Positions 37,160 through 50,510 of a stretch of DNA of 64,000 nucleotides are shown in pieces. The notes beneath the pieces were generated by a model. That model had not been told where the DNA came from, did not search any database, and saw only the letters and a program-made list of their open reading frames with translations. How positions within the stretch are numbered: the first letter of the stretch is position 1; the number at the start of each line of letters is the position of its first letter. Source of the DNA: Phoronis australis (lineage: Eukaryota > Animalia > Phoronida); the NCBI GenBank assembly GCA_002633005.1, contig NMRA01000748.1, positions 104,462 to 168,461 on the forward strand, read 5' to 3'. Made by a program: the position numbers and the translations under genes.

Positions 37160-40100
37160 AACAAGAGCAACGCGGAGCGTTGAAATGCTCCCACGAATGC
37201 ATCGCAAATGGTGTGCTTTTAGGGTTGTTTATTTGTGTCATAAAAATGGCCACTAAAAGGCGCAAAAAGGTACAATCTATCCAAAAACGGGAACATGTCA
37301 TTGCTGCTTTAATAGAAAGCGATACACCAAATTTCATAGAAATACGTCACAAAACTTTAGAGAAACAAAGGAAAACAGATTAAAATGAAATTGCCACTAG
37401 GGGGCACAGTGTTCATTGGATCCGCCTGAAAGTCGTCATTGTCTGTTGTTAGCTTCTTATCAATACACTTAATAATTAAATTTTAATACAAATCCTGCTG
37501 TGGGTTTAGGAAATACAGCTATGGGCGCATAACAAAAAACAAAACTACCACTAACAGGCACCACAGTAGCCAAAGTTGTCATCGTCAACCGTCCTCTTCC
37601 CACTGAGAACATATACGCCAATTTTCAAAACCATCCTTAGAATGATTTGGTTCATAGAAGAGTAGACGCCAAAAAAGGACTCGAAAACAGCAAAAATGGC
37701 AACTAGGTGGCGCAAAATACCTTGATTTCATACGAAAACGGGAGGATAGCGTCATCTCATCAATAGATGCCCGTATTCAAAATTTTATGAAAATCAGTTG
37801 AGGACTTTTGAAGATACAGAGGTAAACGTAAAACTAAAATTGCCACTAGGGGGAACACCAGTAGTCAGATCCATCCGAAAATCATCGTCGACTGTTGTCA
37901 ACATCACATAAACACACTTCTTAAATATTGTAAAGATCCAGCAAACGGTTTAGGAGATACAGCCATAGGCACAAAAAACGAAACTGCCACTAGGAGGTGC
38001 CACAGTAGTCAAAGTCATCAGAAATCATCCTCACCAGTCCACTTCATAGTAAAAACATACATGCCAATTTTCACAATTATCCCGAAAGCAGTTTGGTTGA
38101 TAGAGGGCTGGATGCCAAAAAACAGACTCAAAAACCATAAATATAGCCACTAGGTGGCGCAAACTAGGTCGAATCCATCTGAAAATGGAAAAATAGCATC
38201 ACCTCACTAAGAGAAGCCTGTACACCAAATTTTATGAAAATACGTTGAGGACCTTTGAAGATACAGAGGTAAACGTAAAAAAACAAAATTGCCACTGGGT
38301 GGCACATCAGTACTCAGATCTATCCAAAAGTCGTCATCGTCCGATGTCATCATTATATAAATGCACTTACTAAATTTAGTAAACATTCTGCAAACGGTTT
38401 AAGAGATATAGCCATAGGCGCAAAAAAACAAAACTGCTACAAGGAGGTACCACAGTAGTCGAAGTCGTCGGAAAATCGACAACCGTTCAACATACACGCC
38501 ATTTTTCACAATCATGCTTAGAGCGGTTTGGTTGACAGAGGGGTGGATGCTATAAAACAGACTCGAAACCAGTAACAAGAGCAATGCGGAATGTTGAAAT
38601 GCGCCCACGAATGCATTGCAAATGGTGAGATTTTAGGGTTATTTATTTGTATCATAAAAATGGCCACTAGATGGTGCAAAAACATACAATCATCTAAGAA
38701 CAGGAACATGTCATATTTCATAATAATCTGTCAAGGAATTTCAGAGAAACAAAGGAAATCAGAATAAAATGAAATTGCCACCAGTAGGCACAGAGTCCGT
38801 TGGATCCGCTTGAAAGTCGTTGTCCTCTGTTGTTATCTTCATATAAATACACTTACTAAATTTAATAAAGATCCTGCAGTGGGTTTAGGAGATACAACTG
38901 TGGGCGCAAAACAAAACTACCACTAGGAGGCGCCACAGTAGTCAGTCACAATCATCAAAGGTCGTCTTCACACTAAGAACATATATGCCAATTTTCAAAT
39001 GATTTGGTTGATACAGGGGTGGACGCCAAAAACAAGATTTGAAAACACCATAAACAGCCACCAGGTGGTGCAAAATACCTCGATTCCGTCCAAAAACAGA
39101 AAGATAGCGTCATCACACCAATAGATGCCTATATTTGAAATTTTATCAAAATCTGTTGAGGACCTTTGAAGATAGAGTTAAACGTAAAAAACTAAAATTG
39201 CCACTAGGGGGCACACCAGTAGTCAGATCTGTCCGAAAGTCGTTGTCGTCCATAGTCAACATCATATAAATACACTTGCTAAATTAAGTAAAGATCCTGC
39301 AAACAGTTTAGGAGACAGCCATGAGCGCAAAAAAAAACTGCCACTAGGAGGTGCCCCAGTAAACGAAGTCGACAGAAAAACATCATCAGCCATCCACTTC
39401 ATAGTAAAAACATACGAGCCAATTATCCTGAAAACGGTTTGGTTGATAGATTAGTGGACGCCAAAACACTCGAAAACAGTAAAAATGGCCACTAGGTGGT
39501 GCAAACTAGGTCGAATTCATCTGAAAATGGAGAGACAGCGACACCTCATTAACAGATGCCTACATGACAAATTTTATGAAAATACGATGAGGACCTTTGA
39601 AGATACAGAGGTAAAAGCAAACAAAATAAAATTGCCACTAGGTGGCACACAAGTTGTCAGATCTGTCCGAAAGTCGTCGTCATTTGCTGTTAACATCATA
39701 TAAATATACTTACTAAATTTCGTAAAGATTCTGCAAACGGTTTAGGAGATACAGCCATAGATGCAAAAAAAAACTGCCAGTAGGAGGCGCCACAGTAGTC
39801 GAAATCATCAGAAAGTCATCGTCAACCGTCCTCTTCATAATAAGAACATACATGCCAATTTTCACAATCATGCTTAGAGCGGTTTGGTTGATAGAGGGGT
39901 GGACGCAAAAAAACAGTAAAAACGGCCACTAGGTGGAGCATACTATGTCAAATCCATCCGAAAATGGAAGGATAGTGTCATTTCATTAATAGGTGCCTAC
40001 ATACCAAATTTCATGAAAATCCGTTAAGGACTTTTGAAGATACAAAGGTAAGCGTAAAAAAATAAAATTGCCACTAGGGGGCACACCGGTAGTCGGATCT

Positions 40101-40650
40101 GTCTGAAAGTTCGCTCATGCCGTCCCATTCATGACTGGAACATATGTGCCAAATTTCATGAACATATGTCAAAGGCTTTTGGAGATAGAGCAGCGGACGC
40201 CGGACGGACGGAGATGACGGCATAATGCGTCCACACATAAACATGTGGGTGCATAAAAATGGCCACTAGGTGGCACAAACTACGTCGAATCCATCCAAAA
40301 ACGGGAGGATAGCGTCGCATCACTAATAGATGCCTATTTACTAAATTTTATGAAAATATGTTGAGGACCTTTGAAGATACAGAGGTAAACGTAAAAAATT
40401 AAAATTGCCACTAGGGGGCACACCCGTAGTCGGATTTGTCCGAACATTCGCTCATTCCGTCCCATCCACGAAGGAACACATGTGCAAAATTTCATGAGCA
40501 TACGTCAATCGGTTTTGGAGATAGAGCAGCGGACGTCGGACGGACGTCAGATGGGCGCCGGACGGACACCGGATGGACGCTGGACGGATGCCGGACGGAC
40601 AGAGATGACGGCATAATGCGTCCACATACACACACGTGGGCGCATAAAAA
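37160..40650 (+). mobile_element. Concatenated HINE (Helentron-derived, DINE-1/pearl-like) elements with ~440-bp CCACTAGG-motif tandem units
   Basis: 5' ends AACAAGAGCAA at ~37160 and 38574; subterminal ATGCGCCCACG (38599) / CGTGGGCGCAT (40635); (GGAC)n-like microsatellite; 3' hairpin + ATAAAAA at ~40225-40260 and ~40617-40650. Confidence 0.8.
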
Positions 40651-41459
40651 CGAAAAACTCATATTAACATCAAACCTTTATTGTGTCCCACAACGTATCA
40701 AAGTATCAGGACTATTAGTGTGTTCAGGATATCATGTACTTCAAAACATTTTGTGTCAGACTGTCAATGGGACAGCACGCATGTCAGCTCAGAGTACTCT
40801 GCATTATCACAGGAATTTTTTAACCATTTTTAGGACATTTGAGACGTTTGCATCAGAGTTCAATATGCTGATTCATTAGGCTTTACGTATTATAAGTCTC
40901 CACACTGTTGTTGTGGTGGTTACAATGTGCATGAGAAATATTCAATTTCGGTCATGGTCTTATATATTGTTCTTGAAGTCATTTTTTTCATTGAGATTTA
41001 ACTGTCTGAATCTTGGAAATAAAGGACAAGTGTTTTCAAAGATAACGATTCCAAATTCGTCATCGCGCCAACTACCTACCCACTCGAGCTTTTCCAAGAC
41101 CTTGTCAAGTTTTTACCCACACTAAAACACAGCGCCATCTGGTGAGCGAGGGAAGTCATGATGACAAACTTGTACAGCACAGTATACGACTGTAAAGGAA
41201 CAAAAGGAGAATGAAACTCACTGAAGTTGTTGATGACAACAAATACTAAGAAATACAATCAACAACATGCTGTACTACAAGTTATCATCTCCCCCCCGTT
41301 GACAATAAGAAGTCACTTCTAAGTGTCAACTGTCACATGTTCAAAAGATTTTAATTAAAATGTGTCTTCCATGTTATTAGTTTTGCTCTCCCATTTCAAG
41401 TGATTTTCGGCAATCTGGGGGTTAACTCCCCAACAATTGGTATGTTACTATAGAGCCCA

Positions 41460-42330
41460 CCATTACCTAGTCACTAAATTGAAAAGAAAATCCATGAACA
41501 AAAACTTCCAAACAAAAGGTTAAATCAATAATTCAAACAACCCAAAGCTCTTCTGGGACAGTGTTAAGTCATTTGAATGTGAAGGGTCAATCAGAAATAA
41601 GATAACATTTTAAAAACGGCCAAGAAAGTGTCAGAGTCAGCTAGCTATAACTTCATTAAATGTGTGGCATCAATCAGCTCCCAGTTTCCAAATGTAAGCT
41701 CTGACAATACTTTCACGCGTCAACTCATTACAAAAACTCGAAATGACCGGTACAAAGTGTTCTCAATATCTCAGTTGTCACTGAAAAAGACGTCCTACAT
41801 TAACGAGGTACAACAAATAATATATCGATGGGTTATGACTCATTGCATCCAAGATCACTCAAGTTAATGGAACTCATGTCTTATGCAAGTCCCTATCATA
41901 TTCAGCAAGTGTATTGCCTCCAACGAGTATCCCTGTACGCTGAAAAGTCAGGTTAGTCCAGTATTTAAGAAAGGGGGCCGAATGGATAAATCCTGCCATA
42001 GATCAGTTAGTGTGCTACTACTGCTGTCAACCGTTTACGTTTTTGAACGACTTCTTCTATACCAAATGAAACATTTTGACGAAATTTTGAATGCAAATGT
42101 ATGTGCCACTCACAAAGGTTTCTCTTGTCAAGATGTCTTATTGCATCTAACTGAAGATGTACGGTTAGCACCGGACAACAATCTATTTTCAGGGTCCATT
42201 CTCTAATTGATCTCTCTAAGGCATTTGATTGGCTTCCTCGTGAGTTCTGTTGCTAAACGCAAAGCATATTCCATATCATATCTGAGTGAGAAGAAGATGA
42301 GAATAAAAGTTGGCACTACAGTTGATTTAC
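41460..42330 (+). mobile_element. Degenerate LINE (CR1/L2 group) RT fragment
   Basis: NNPKLFWDSVK, VSPVFKKGGRMDKSCHRSVSVL, VFERLL, KGFSCQDVLLHLTED, DLSKAFD motifs, with stops and frameshifts. Confidence 0.9.
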
Positions 42331-45300
42331 TCGTTTACTTAAAACTGTGCTCTTAAAAACTTAATGTTAATAATTGCATAGTTCGCCAACATCTTGTTTG
42401 ATTTTAAATGATAAATTCTCTACAAAACTGAATTTGTGACAAAAAAGGTGAGCTGAGTGAGCTTTAAGAGCAAATTTTCCGAATGAATCCCCATGAGTGT
42501 TTCATCAGGTGGTCTTCTCTACAGAAAATCCTGGTGTCACATTGAAAACTTTGATTGGCTGCTGTTTACAGTTTAACCTTCAATCCGTCCAAATAACTGA
42601 AGATAAAGGAGCATGTAATCATGCACATCACTTATTTCCAGTTCAAACCTTGCCTGAATTCTGGTGCTTCCCTCCTGGTCTTCTTTACTTATGCCGTGTT
42701 GGTCTATACCATGTTTCAAAAAATCAAAATCTGCAGTTTCCATGGCTTTGCTGGCTACTGATCACCTAGCGGCACGCATTGAACCAGCGTGCCGCGGCTA
42801 AGAACGCCTGCCGTGTGCCTGTGGCTGTGCCAAGTCAAGTGCCGAGTCAGTGGTTGGAAGGCTTTGGAAGCAATTACTGAAAGCAATATGCAATGCTGTT
42901 CGATTAAGCAACAAGCAGACAGTTTACTCTTTCCATTATAGCTGGCGTATCGCGCTACATTTTAAACAAGCTATGCTGACATGTACCAGTAAATAATACC
43001 TTTACAGTTCCACACAGCAAAAGTTTTGAATTTAGCGCTGATGTACAAGCAACCACCTTTGACCTTGACATTAGTATACTAAAGAGCGTCATCTGGTGTG
43101 CGTCTCGTGTAATACGCGTGTTCAGGACATAGAACTTCAATCTGTGTAGCGTAATTCATTATTTTCATAAGTTTTGAACATGCGATGCACTTTTCTATGT
43201 GTCCCACGACCTACCCGCTTAAAAAGGAAGACTTCAGTTGAAGAGAAATCATGAAGCGGCAGCCAAGTCTTGAGGCAATGACACGTAGCCCGGCCTCCGG
43301 GCTGGCTGGTTGCCTCAAGCGGGGGGGGGGGGGGTNGGGGGGGGGGGGTTATCGGCCCGTATGCCTGTGGCTTTACAGAGACCAATGTAATTGCTTACCC
43401 AAATCTTGCTATGAATCCAGAAAACATTTAGCGTTGTGGCCCTCAAACCAAGAGGAGGTTTACAGCACCGTCACGGATGATTGTAAGAGTGCAAATTTGT
43501 GACTTTAAGGTATGCATGAGTAAAAGCCATTTTAACACCCGACTCACGATATTATTTTGTTGTGATCACATTTATTTGGCTCCAACACATTACATTTCCA
43601 AGTCACGTGAAACAAACATGGTGCATCAATTACCGGTAATTAGAAAGTGTCACATTTACTTCCCGAACATTTAGAAATTGAACTGTTTTTAGCAAATTTT
43701 TGGGTAAATGTGAAATTTGGTCCAATATGATCACCATATTTATGTTATAGTGTTCCACTGCAACTGAGTGTATACCAGAGAACAAAATATTTGTTTTCAC
43801 CACTCAATGAACATAACCCAGAAACGGAAGACAAGACATTTCCATTGTGCTCTCCGCAAACAGAGCTAAACAATATGTTGTCATTTTCATTGTATGCAAG
43901 TAATTGTTGGTTAACAATGTTATGTGAATTAGGCGTAATTTTGAGTCTTTTGCACAATAGAAAGGGAGTTTATCTACTGTTCTCCTTCCTGTACACGTGT
44001 CACAATCACCAATTTAAATTAACATTGTCATAAATATTTATCACTTGCTATCTGTTATAATGTAAGTAAAATTTCAGAAATGAAAATTTGAGAATTTTGG
44101 TAAGCAAATATTGTCTTGTCCATTCTTAAGATCCTTGTATAGTGCAAAGATTACGCTTCTAATATATTGAAGATAGAAATTTAGGTGCAACTACAGTCGT
44201 CAAGCAAATCACACACACGATAGACGCCCTTTGAATACCAGGTGTGGTAGAAAATCTATTTCGAATTAAACCACAGAGGGAATAAATAATATTGACATTC
44301 TTATGGCACATTTGAAACATCGCTTAAAACTTCCTTGTAGAGCAGACGCCATTTTTTAAAGAAAGCTGTTACCATCTTCCATTGAACTTATCAATACAAA
44401 ACTGCTCTAACAGGGCCGCATATGGCAGGTGAGGTGAACATTTTACTTAACTTTTAAAGAATTAATGGAAACACGAACATGGACCACTTTTAAACCACCA
44501 TTATAGTGAATTTCATTTCGGCTGACTATTAATCTTCCCATTCCAAATTAAGTTCTTGGAATTGTCGATGGAAGGGGGACTAAAACAGGTGAACTATGTT
44601 TGGAAATATAATTGTCTTGTTTACTATCATTTTACCTAAGCATTCTTCTTGACCAAGAACCCATTATTTCCCTAATTTTACAAAAGCTTGCCACTATAAC
44701 TAGTATTATGCACAGAAGAAAATTTCCCAAAAACATGAGCATTCCATTTGTTCTTAAGAGGTTTTTCGTCTTAACTGTTTTTTTTTTTCTTTAGTTATTT
44801 TTTTATTTTTTTCCAAGCAATCCAAGCACGTTTTGTTGTCTCCAGAAAACAAGTGACGCGTCGCTCCAGTGGCAACACTCAACTTCGGTGCTCATCGACG
44901 TTATTGGCAAGGGTTAATTACTGATGCGACAATGGTGAACGTCAAATTACGATAGCAAAGACGCTTACGACCACGATGGAACTGTAGAAAGTTTTCCCGC
45001 TTGCATTGACGTTGGTGACGATAACTCCGTGAGGTTTCTCAATTCAATTGAGCAATAAATGCGCTTTATATTTTGTTGTTGTTTAAGCGCTTTCCTGAGG
45101 TACTCTGTATTTACTAACTTTGTCACCATTCTGCATTTCACCTACGATTGATCATAGGTAAACTTGGTGATCCAGACCCACGCTAAACCTCAATGTACGA
45201 CAAACAAGTTACTCACCGCTCCGCTGTTACGCCAAAGATTTATACAGCATCTTTGGCTCCACTGTTTTGTTTTCGCGGTTTACGGCTTTCGTTTACTTGG

Positions 45301-46082
45301 AGCTCAGATATATAATGTTTTAGTCTATCTGAGCTTGGAGCATATAAACAACTTGAATAAACATGAAACAAAATATCAAGGGTTGGTGACGTACAAGCAA
45401 AACGGCCCAGTGGTACTTATTAAGTTTGAGCTAGCAGCAGGACTAAAACGCGAAACTGCATGTCATGAGTGCACCCAGCCTAAAATTTTGAGATTCATGG
45501 CTTCAGAGCAATGAATTGTGAATTCTTCGAATTTTGATAGTTCTTGCCTTTTTAGTGCACGTTTGTCTCGTTTTTATACTTTTTTCGGAATTTTTCTCTG
45601 AGGCGGACCTTTTTGCCCTCTTTGCCAAATGGGGGGATCGTTAGAGCAGGTTGATGGGCCTCTTATTCTGTCAAATTAGTTAACTATTCGTCAAATACCC
45701 CCAACATTTCCAGGATGTTAATGGATGCTAGTCTTCTTCCCTTACCGTTGGTACAGGCGTTCTTATTCACAGCGTACCGTTTCGTCAGTAATACAATTCT
45801 CTTCATACGAGCTGTAGTTCTTTTCTGATAAACCGCAGTTCCGTTGTTACACACGCTGTTCTCTTTTTGACCGAATTTCTTTCCTCATGACCGGTGTTCT
45901 TTTTCTCCCGAAGCCAAAATTACCTTTCGAAGGACTTCTATGATTTCGGGTTGACTTACTTCACGGGTTAGAGCCGGTGCTTTTTATTCGAGAACAAAGC
46001 CAAGATCGATGTGTAGTAAAGTTCAGAAAGACGTAAATTCTGGTAAATATTTTTAAAAATAATACTGTGAACCATCTTATAG

Positions 46083-46455
46083 ATGTATTTGCATGCTCCT
46101 AACTATGCTAATGTATAGCAGGAACGAAACGGCAATGCTATCTGAATATTATCTACCCTAAGCAAAGTGCAGTTGTATTCATTGACATCTTGGAAATGTG
46201 AAAACACTGCAAATAGGTGACCTTTGCACTAATGACGTACCTTGGAGACTCACTTCGTAGCCAGCATCATGCAATGTTTTCAACCAACATCACGTCACGA
46301 TACTTACTGGACACGGTTGAGTCGGATTTACGCGGATCATTCTCGACACAAAACTCGTTCTTTTAAAAAAACATTTGGCAATTTTCAACGTACTTCATAT
46401 TCTTATCGTTGACCAAGCAATCACAGAGATATTGGATTAGCGGTGCAAGTTCCAC
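46083..46455 (+). repeat. Diverged non-coding duplicate of 34073-34465
   Basis: Same colinear blocks as 34073-34465. Confidence 0.85.
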
Positions 46456-47127
46456 TTTAAACACTTTAAAAAGTGAGTTGGAGGTTGCCGGACATTGGGT
46501 TTCTAAGGCGTACACCATTTCGCTCGAGATTTCAGTAACGGAAGAGGTCGCGACTTGGTACGAGCGCGAATTGAGTACCATGTCAAATGCTAAAATCGAG
46601 AAATGAACTTTGTAAAAAAATCTGTCGTTAATAGCATGAAAATTAGATCTATGAGAATGATAGGAGTGTTGTTTAACTTCTTTTGAACAGATATTTTGAC
46701 AGCATGTGTGAATACTGTCATGCTGCAGTACGAGAAAAAAAGAACGCCGTGAATGTGAATTAATAAGTAAAGAGCCGAGATATCATAATGGTCGCCGGTT
46801 CTCTGGTTAGGACTACTTGTAACCAATTTGGGTATATCGTTCGGTACTAATTCGTATTCTTATGCAGGAAGAATTCTTTATTGGACAAAGTCAGCTCAAA
46901 GCTGTCGAATAACGACCACTTCCCAAATATAGCAACAGAATGGCGGGATAAACGGCACTGTTTTCAAACCGGTTACCAGGTTGGTCAAATGAGACCATTA
47001 AGGCCTGATTTTTAGATTAAGCTCGTCTCTTGCAGACGACGAAAGTTAACAATAAATTATTTCGTCTTTTTTTCTTCGCCGACGGAATCCGGACACATTT
47101 GACAGTGTGGCTTTTGCAGTCACTTAA

Positions 47128-47447
47128 TTGTGACCCCGGCCGGGCAAGCTACTTTTGTCTCAGTAGTGGAAAATACAGAAATGTGGCCCGACCCAGTGCT
47201 GAAGGCTTGAAGCTGACTATACATATCATTAGCTTCACTGTAGATCTACCACTGTATATCGATAATGACCCCAAGACACCTGGTCTTTTGTTTCATAATT
47301 GCCCCAAGCGTCTATAAGACCTTATCCACACTGACTGCGTGCCATTTGGTTTTAGGTGACTCAGAAACGCCGTACTCATCGGCCAACCTGCAGTCAAGAA
47401 AGCGATCTTGGAATCGATAACTGTAACGGATCACCAAGACTTGCCAG
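47128..47447 (+). promoter_or_regulatory. Putative promoter and non-coding first exon of the cystine-knot gene
   Basis: TATA-like tctataag ~47311; donor TTGCCAG|gtaaat at 47448; acceptor tatttttcag at 49071, 3 nt before the ATG. Similar blocks and donor upstream of the third paralog (54037-54410). Confidence 0.4.
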
Positions 47448-47529
47448 GTAAATTTTTAAAAGATTGAATTATTATTTACAACCTACACCGTGCACAGATG
47501 GGAGAGCGTCAATAGCTTTCTGTGTGAAG

Positions 47530-48350
47530 GGATGGCATGTTCTCGTTTTCAGATGGATTGAACGTTTTTACGCCATCTAGTGGTCATTGTTATGAAACAA
47601 ATAAACATCCCTAGAAGCACACCGTTTGCAGCGTATTCTTGGGCGCATTTCAACGCTCCACCTTGCTCTTGTTTAAATGTTTTGTTGATTTGCCACCGAG
47701 CGCCAGTGTAATATGACACATAAATCATCCACGACTTTTCACTGATTTCAAATTTACTTTTTATTCATGTATACATCCGTTAGATACAATATTATAACAC
47801 AAGTTGTTAGCTTTCTTAAACAAACACAATACCACTCACTCACTCATGGGACCTCCCAAGACGTTCAGGACATAAAAGATCACAGGATATTCGCAATTTG
47901 TGTAGACAATTTTCTGTACATATGGCTCAGAATCCCTTAACCTCGGGCGATGTAAGTATAATACTAAATTCAATACGATTGAATTTGAAAACTTGCCTAA
48001 CAGTTCATTTAAGGGGTGAACAAGGAAGACGGGTAGGGATTTCACTCTCTCTCTTTCTCACACACACATGCACACACATACACACACACAAACACACACA
48101 TGGCTGTATCTCCTAAACCGTTTACAGGTTCTTTAATAAATTTAGCAATTGCATTTATATGATGTTGACAACGGATGACGACAACTTTCGGACGGATCTG
48201 ATTACCAGTGTGCTCCCTAGTGGCAATGAGTTTTTAGGTTTACTGCTGTATCTTCAAAGGTCCTCATCGGATTTTCAGAAAATTTGGAATATAGGCATCT
48301 ATTGGTGATATGATGCTATCCTCCCATTTTCTAATGGAATCGAGGTACTT
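47530..48350 (-). repeat. HINE fragments (47530-47673, 48100-48350) flanking a second repeat (47780-48090) that recurs at 58432-58700
   Basis: Reverse complement of the HINE 5' end ...gctcttgtt; ttagatacaatattataacacaagttgttag shared with 58432. Confidence 0.75.
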
Positions 48351-49074
48351 TGCCATGGCCCCTTGACCCCCCTCCCCCTCTAAATCCGCCACTGCTGTGA
48401 TCCAACAAAGCACTTGGTAGAGTATCGGGATAAACGCAAAGAAAAGCAATATTGCCTCTGGACGACTCCGCATTAGTCCGATTTTCTCTAAATACACGTC
48501 AGTTGTGCTCTCCTCAATGGAAAAACACATGCCAAAATTCTTGAAAATCCACTAAGAAACTTGTGATTGAGCCAAAGGCAAAAAATTGCCCCAGGAGGTT
48601 GCTTCAGCACTGAGTCGGACCCGTTCTAAAATCGTCGTCAGGTTTGCACTTCACAGTGGGAACACATACGACAATTTTGATAATGATCCTTCGAGTGATG
48701 TGGCTGCTGGAGAGGCAGACGCCAGTAACTAAACTGGAAAACAGTAAGATTAGCCACTACCGGGAATTTCCGAAAGTAAGCCTATGGATGGATATTCGGA
48801 AAACGACCTTTGAAAAACGTCAAATGAAATAGAATCGAATAAACGTTTGGACGTATTTTCGCATAGAGGGGGAGGTGTATTTTCGGATCGTAAAGGGGAG
48901 GGGCATATTTTAGGAAACTATTCACACATTTCATGATGTCGTTTTCTCAAACAAACAGTAGTTGTCAATTTTTAAATAAACATGTCCTTTTTAACGTATT
49001 GTTGTATCTAACTCGTAAGAATGTTATTCCCCCCATGTCTATGGTTTTAACGTACTGACGGTATTTTTCAGATT

Positions 49075-49668
49075 ATGGACCTTCAAAAACTTCTTTTCCT
49101 TCAAGTTATTGTTTTTACGTCAGCTGAGGTTGCCATTGACGCAGACGACTTCCAGAACTACGTAACAGTTCTCATTCCGTATTGCCCGCCGAGTAGGATT
49201 GAAAGGTCACTTGACAAGCAGGAGGCGCAAGTACGTGAACATCCTCATCATAAACTACACCTTTCTGCGTCATGGACAGAAAAGAAAAATTCAACCAAGA
49301 GCAAGTCGGCAATCCCCATGTCTATTTTTGGTGCCACTGAAACGTCTGAACAGAACTCCAATCATTCGCTGCGGCTCAAGAGGACAGTTGCATGTCGTTA
49401 TACTTCTTCTACTCTGCACTTGGGGTACTATGACATTCCTGGGGGTCTTAAGAGTGGAACGTGTGCCGGGCGTTGCGGTTTAACATCAGATTCATGTCAA
49501 CCTGTAACCTATCAAGCAAAAGTTTTAACTGTGCCTAGGGACAGTTGTGTGCCACGAGACGTGCCGGAGTCTGGCAAGTTCGAAACGGCATGGACAATCA
49601 GGTACATCACCGTAACCGTTGGATGTCAGTGCCGCTGCCGTGGACATGAATCTATAGGTTCTGCGTAA
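49075..49668 (+). CDS. Secreted cystine-knot growth-factor precursor, Trunk/PTTH/noggin-like (197 aa), single coding exon
   Basis: Hydrophobic N-terminus; RLKR furin site (aa 100-103); C107-x8-LG-x4-P...G-x-C130-x-G-x-C134...C141-x-P...KVL...C158...W...V..GC184-x-C186-x-C188, which follows the noggin/Trunk spacing. Splice acceptor just upstream; paralogs nearby. Confidence 0.85.
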   Translation: MDLQKLLFLQVIVFTSAEVAIDADDFQNYVTVLIPYCPPSRIERSLDKQEAQVREHPHHKLHLSASWTEKKNSTKSKSAIPMSIFGATETSEQNSNHSLRLKRTVACRYTSSTLHLGYYDIPGGLKSGTCAGRCGLTSDSCQPVTYQAKVLTVPRDSCVPRDVPESGKFETAWTIRYITVTVGCQCRCRGHESIGSA

Positions 49669-50431
49669 TTCCAAGTTTGGAGTCATATTCTTAGTACTTT
49701 TGCTTTGTTTTCCTGCTTGGGAGTGTTTTAAAATCTTTCCTTTTAGTTATCATTTGTAGATTATTTAGTTCACTAATTGAATACTTGGTGGCGCAGCAAA
49801 AATGATTGTTTTATACCGTTGTTTAGGACACAATGCCTCTTTTTAGCGTCAATCTTAACAACCCAGACGTGAAAGCGCGCCCATTCCAAGCATGCAGAAC
49901 CGTTTGTAGTTTGGACTAACACCTCTTTTTGAAACGTAGTGGCGAATTTGTGCAAGTAGTGAATAATTGTGTAGATTGTATTTTCTTTATATTAGTTACC
50001 AAACCTGCAGATCACGTAAATCATGTACATACTTTGTTTAGACATAAAAATATTTTTGTTCCGCGATGAAAATTAACTGGACACTTGTATAAAAATACGA
50101 AATGGAAACATATATGTACACCGACAACATGTCAATTTCGACGGACAACGTTCAGCAAACCATGTGATTGCGCGTGGAAGAAATAGTTGAAAATTTTCCG
50201 CAGGAGCTACAAATGTTCCGTGGGGGAGACGAAGAGTTAAATCGAATACTGTAAATAAGAACTCGCGTAAAAATAAAAACAAAAACCATGCAGCACTGAA
50301 ATAAGCGGGGCTATAGCCCCTCAGTCCCCAATGGTGCGCCATCCACGGAAAGAACACACGCACTTTGAATAGACGTCGAAGAAGCCAAAGCATCTTGATT
50401 TTGTCCACTTACTCATTTGTACCCAAAATTA

Positions 50432-50510
50432 AAAAACGAATAACATGTACCCATAATAAAATAACGAATAACATGTACCCATAATTAAATAACGAACAAC
50501 ATGTACTCTC
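50432..50510. repeat. 28-bp tandem repeat (~3 copies)
   Basis: aacgaataacatgtacccataat units. Confidence 0.85.

Noticed and set aside
43321-43348. Poly-G / G-quadruplex
   Set aside because: Contains an N at a likely contig join, so its length is unreliable.
48762-48771. NF-kB consensus GGGAATTTCC 300 bp before the ligand ATG
   Set aside because: Single short match, also present at ~33087, at the edge of a repeat-like segment and not seen at the paralog.
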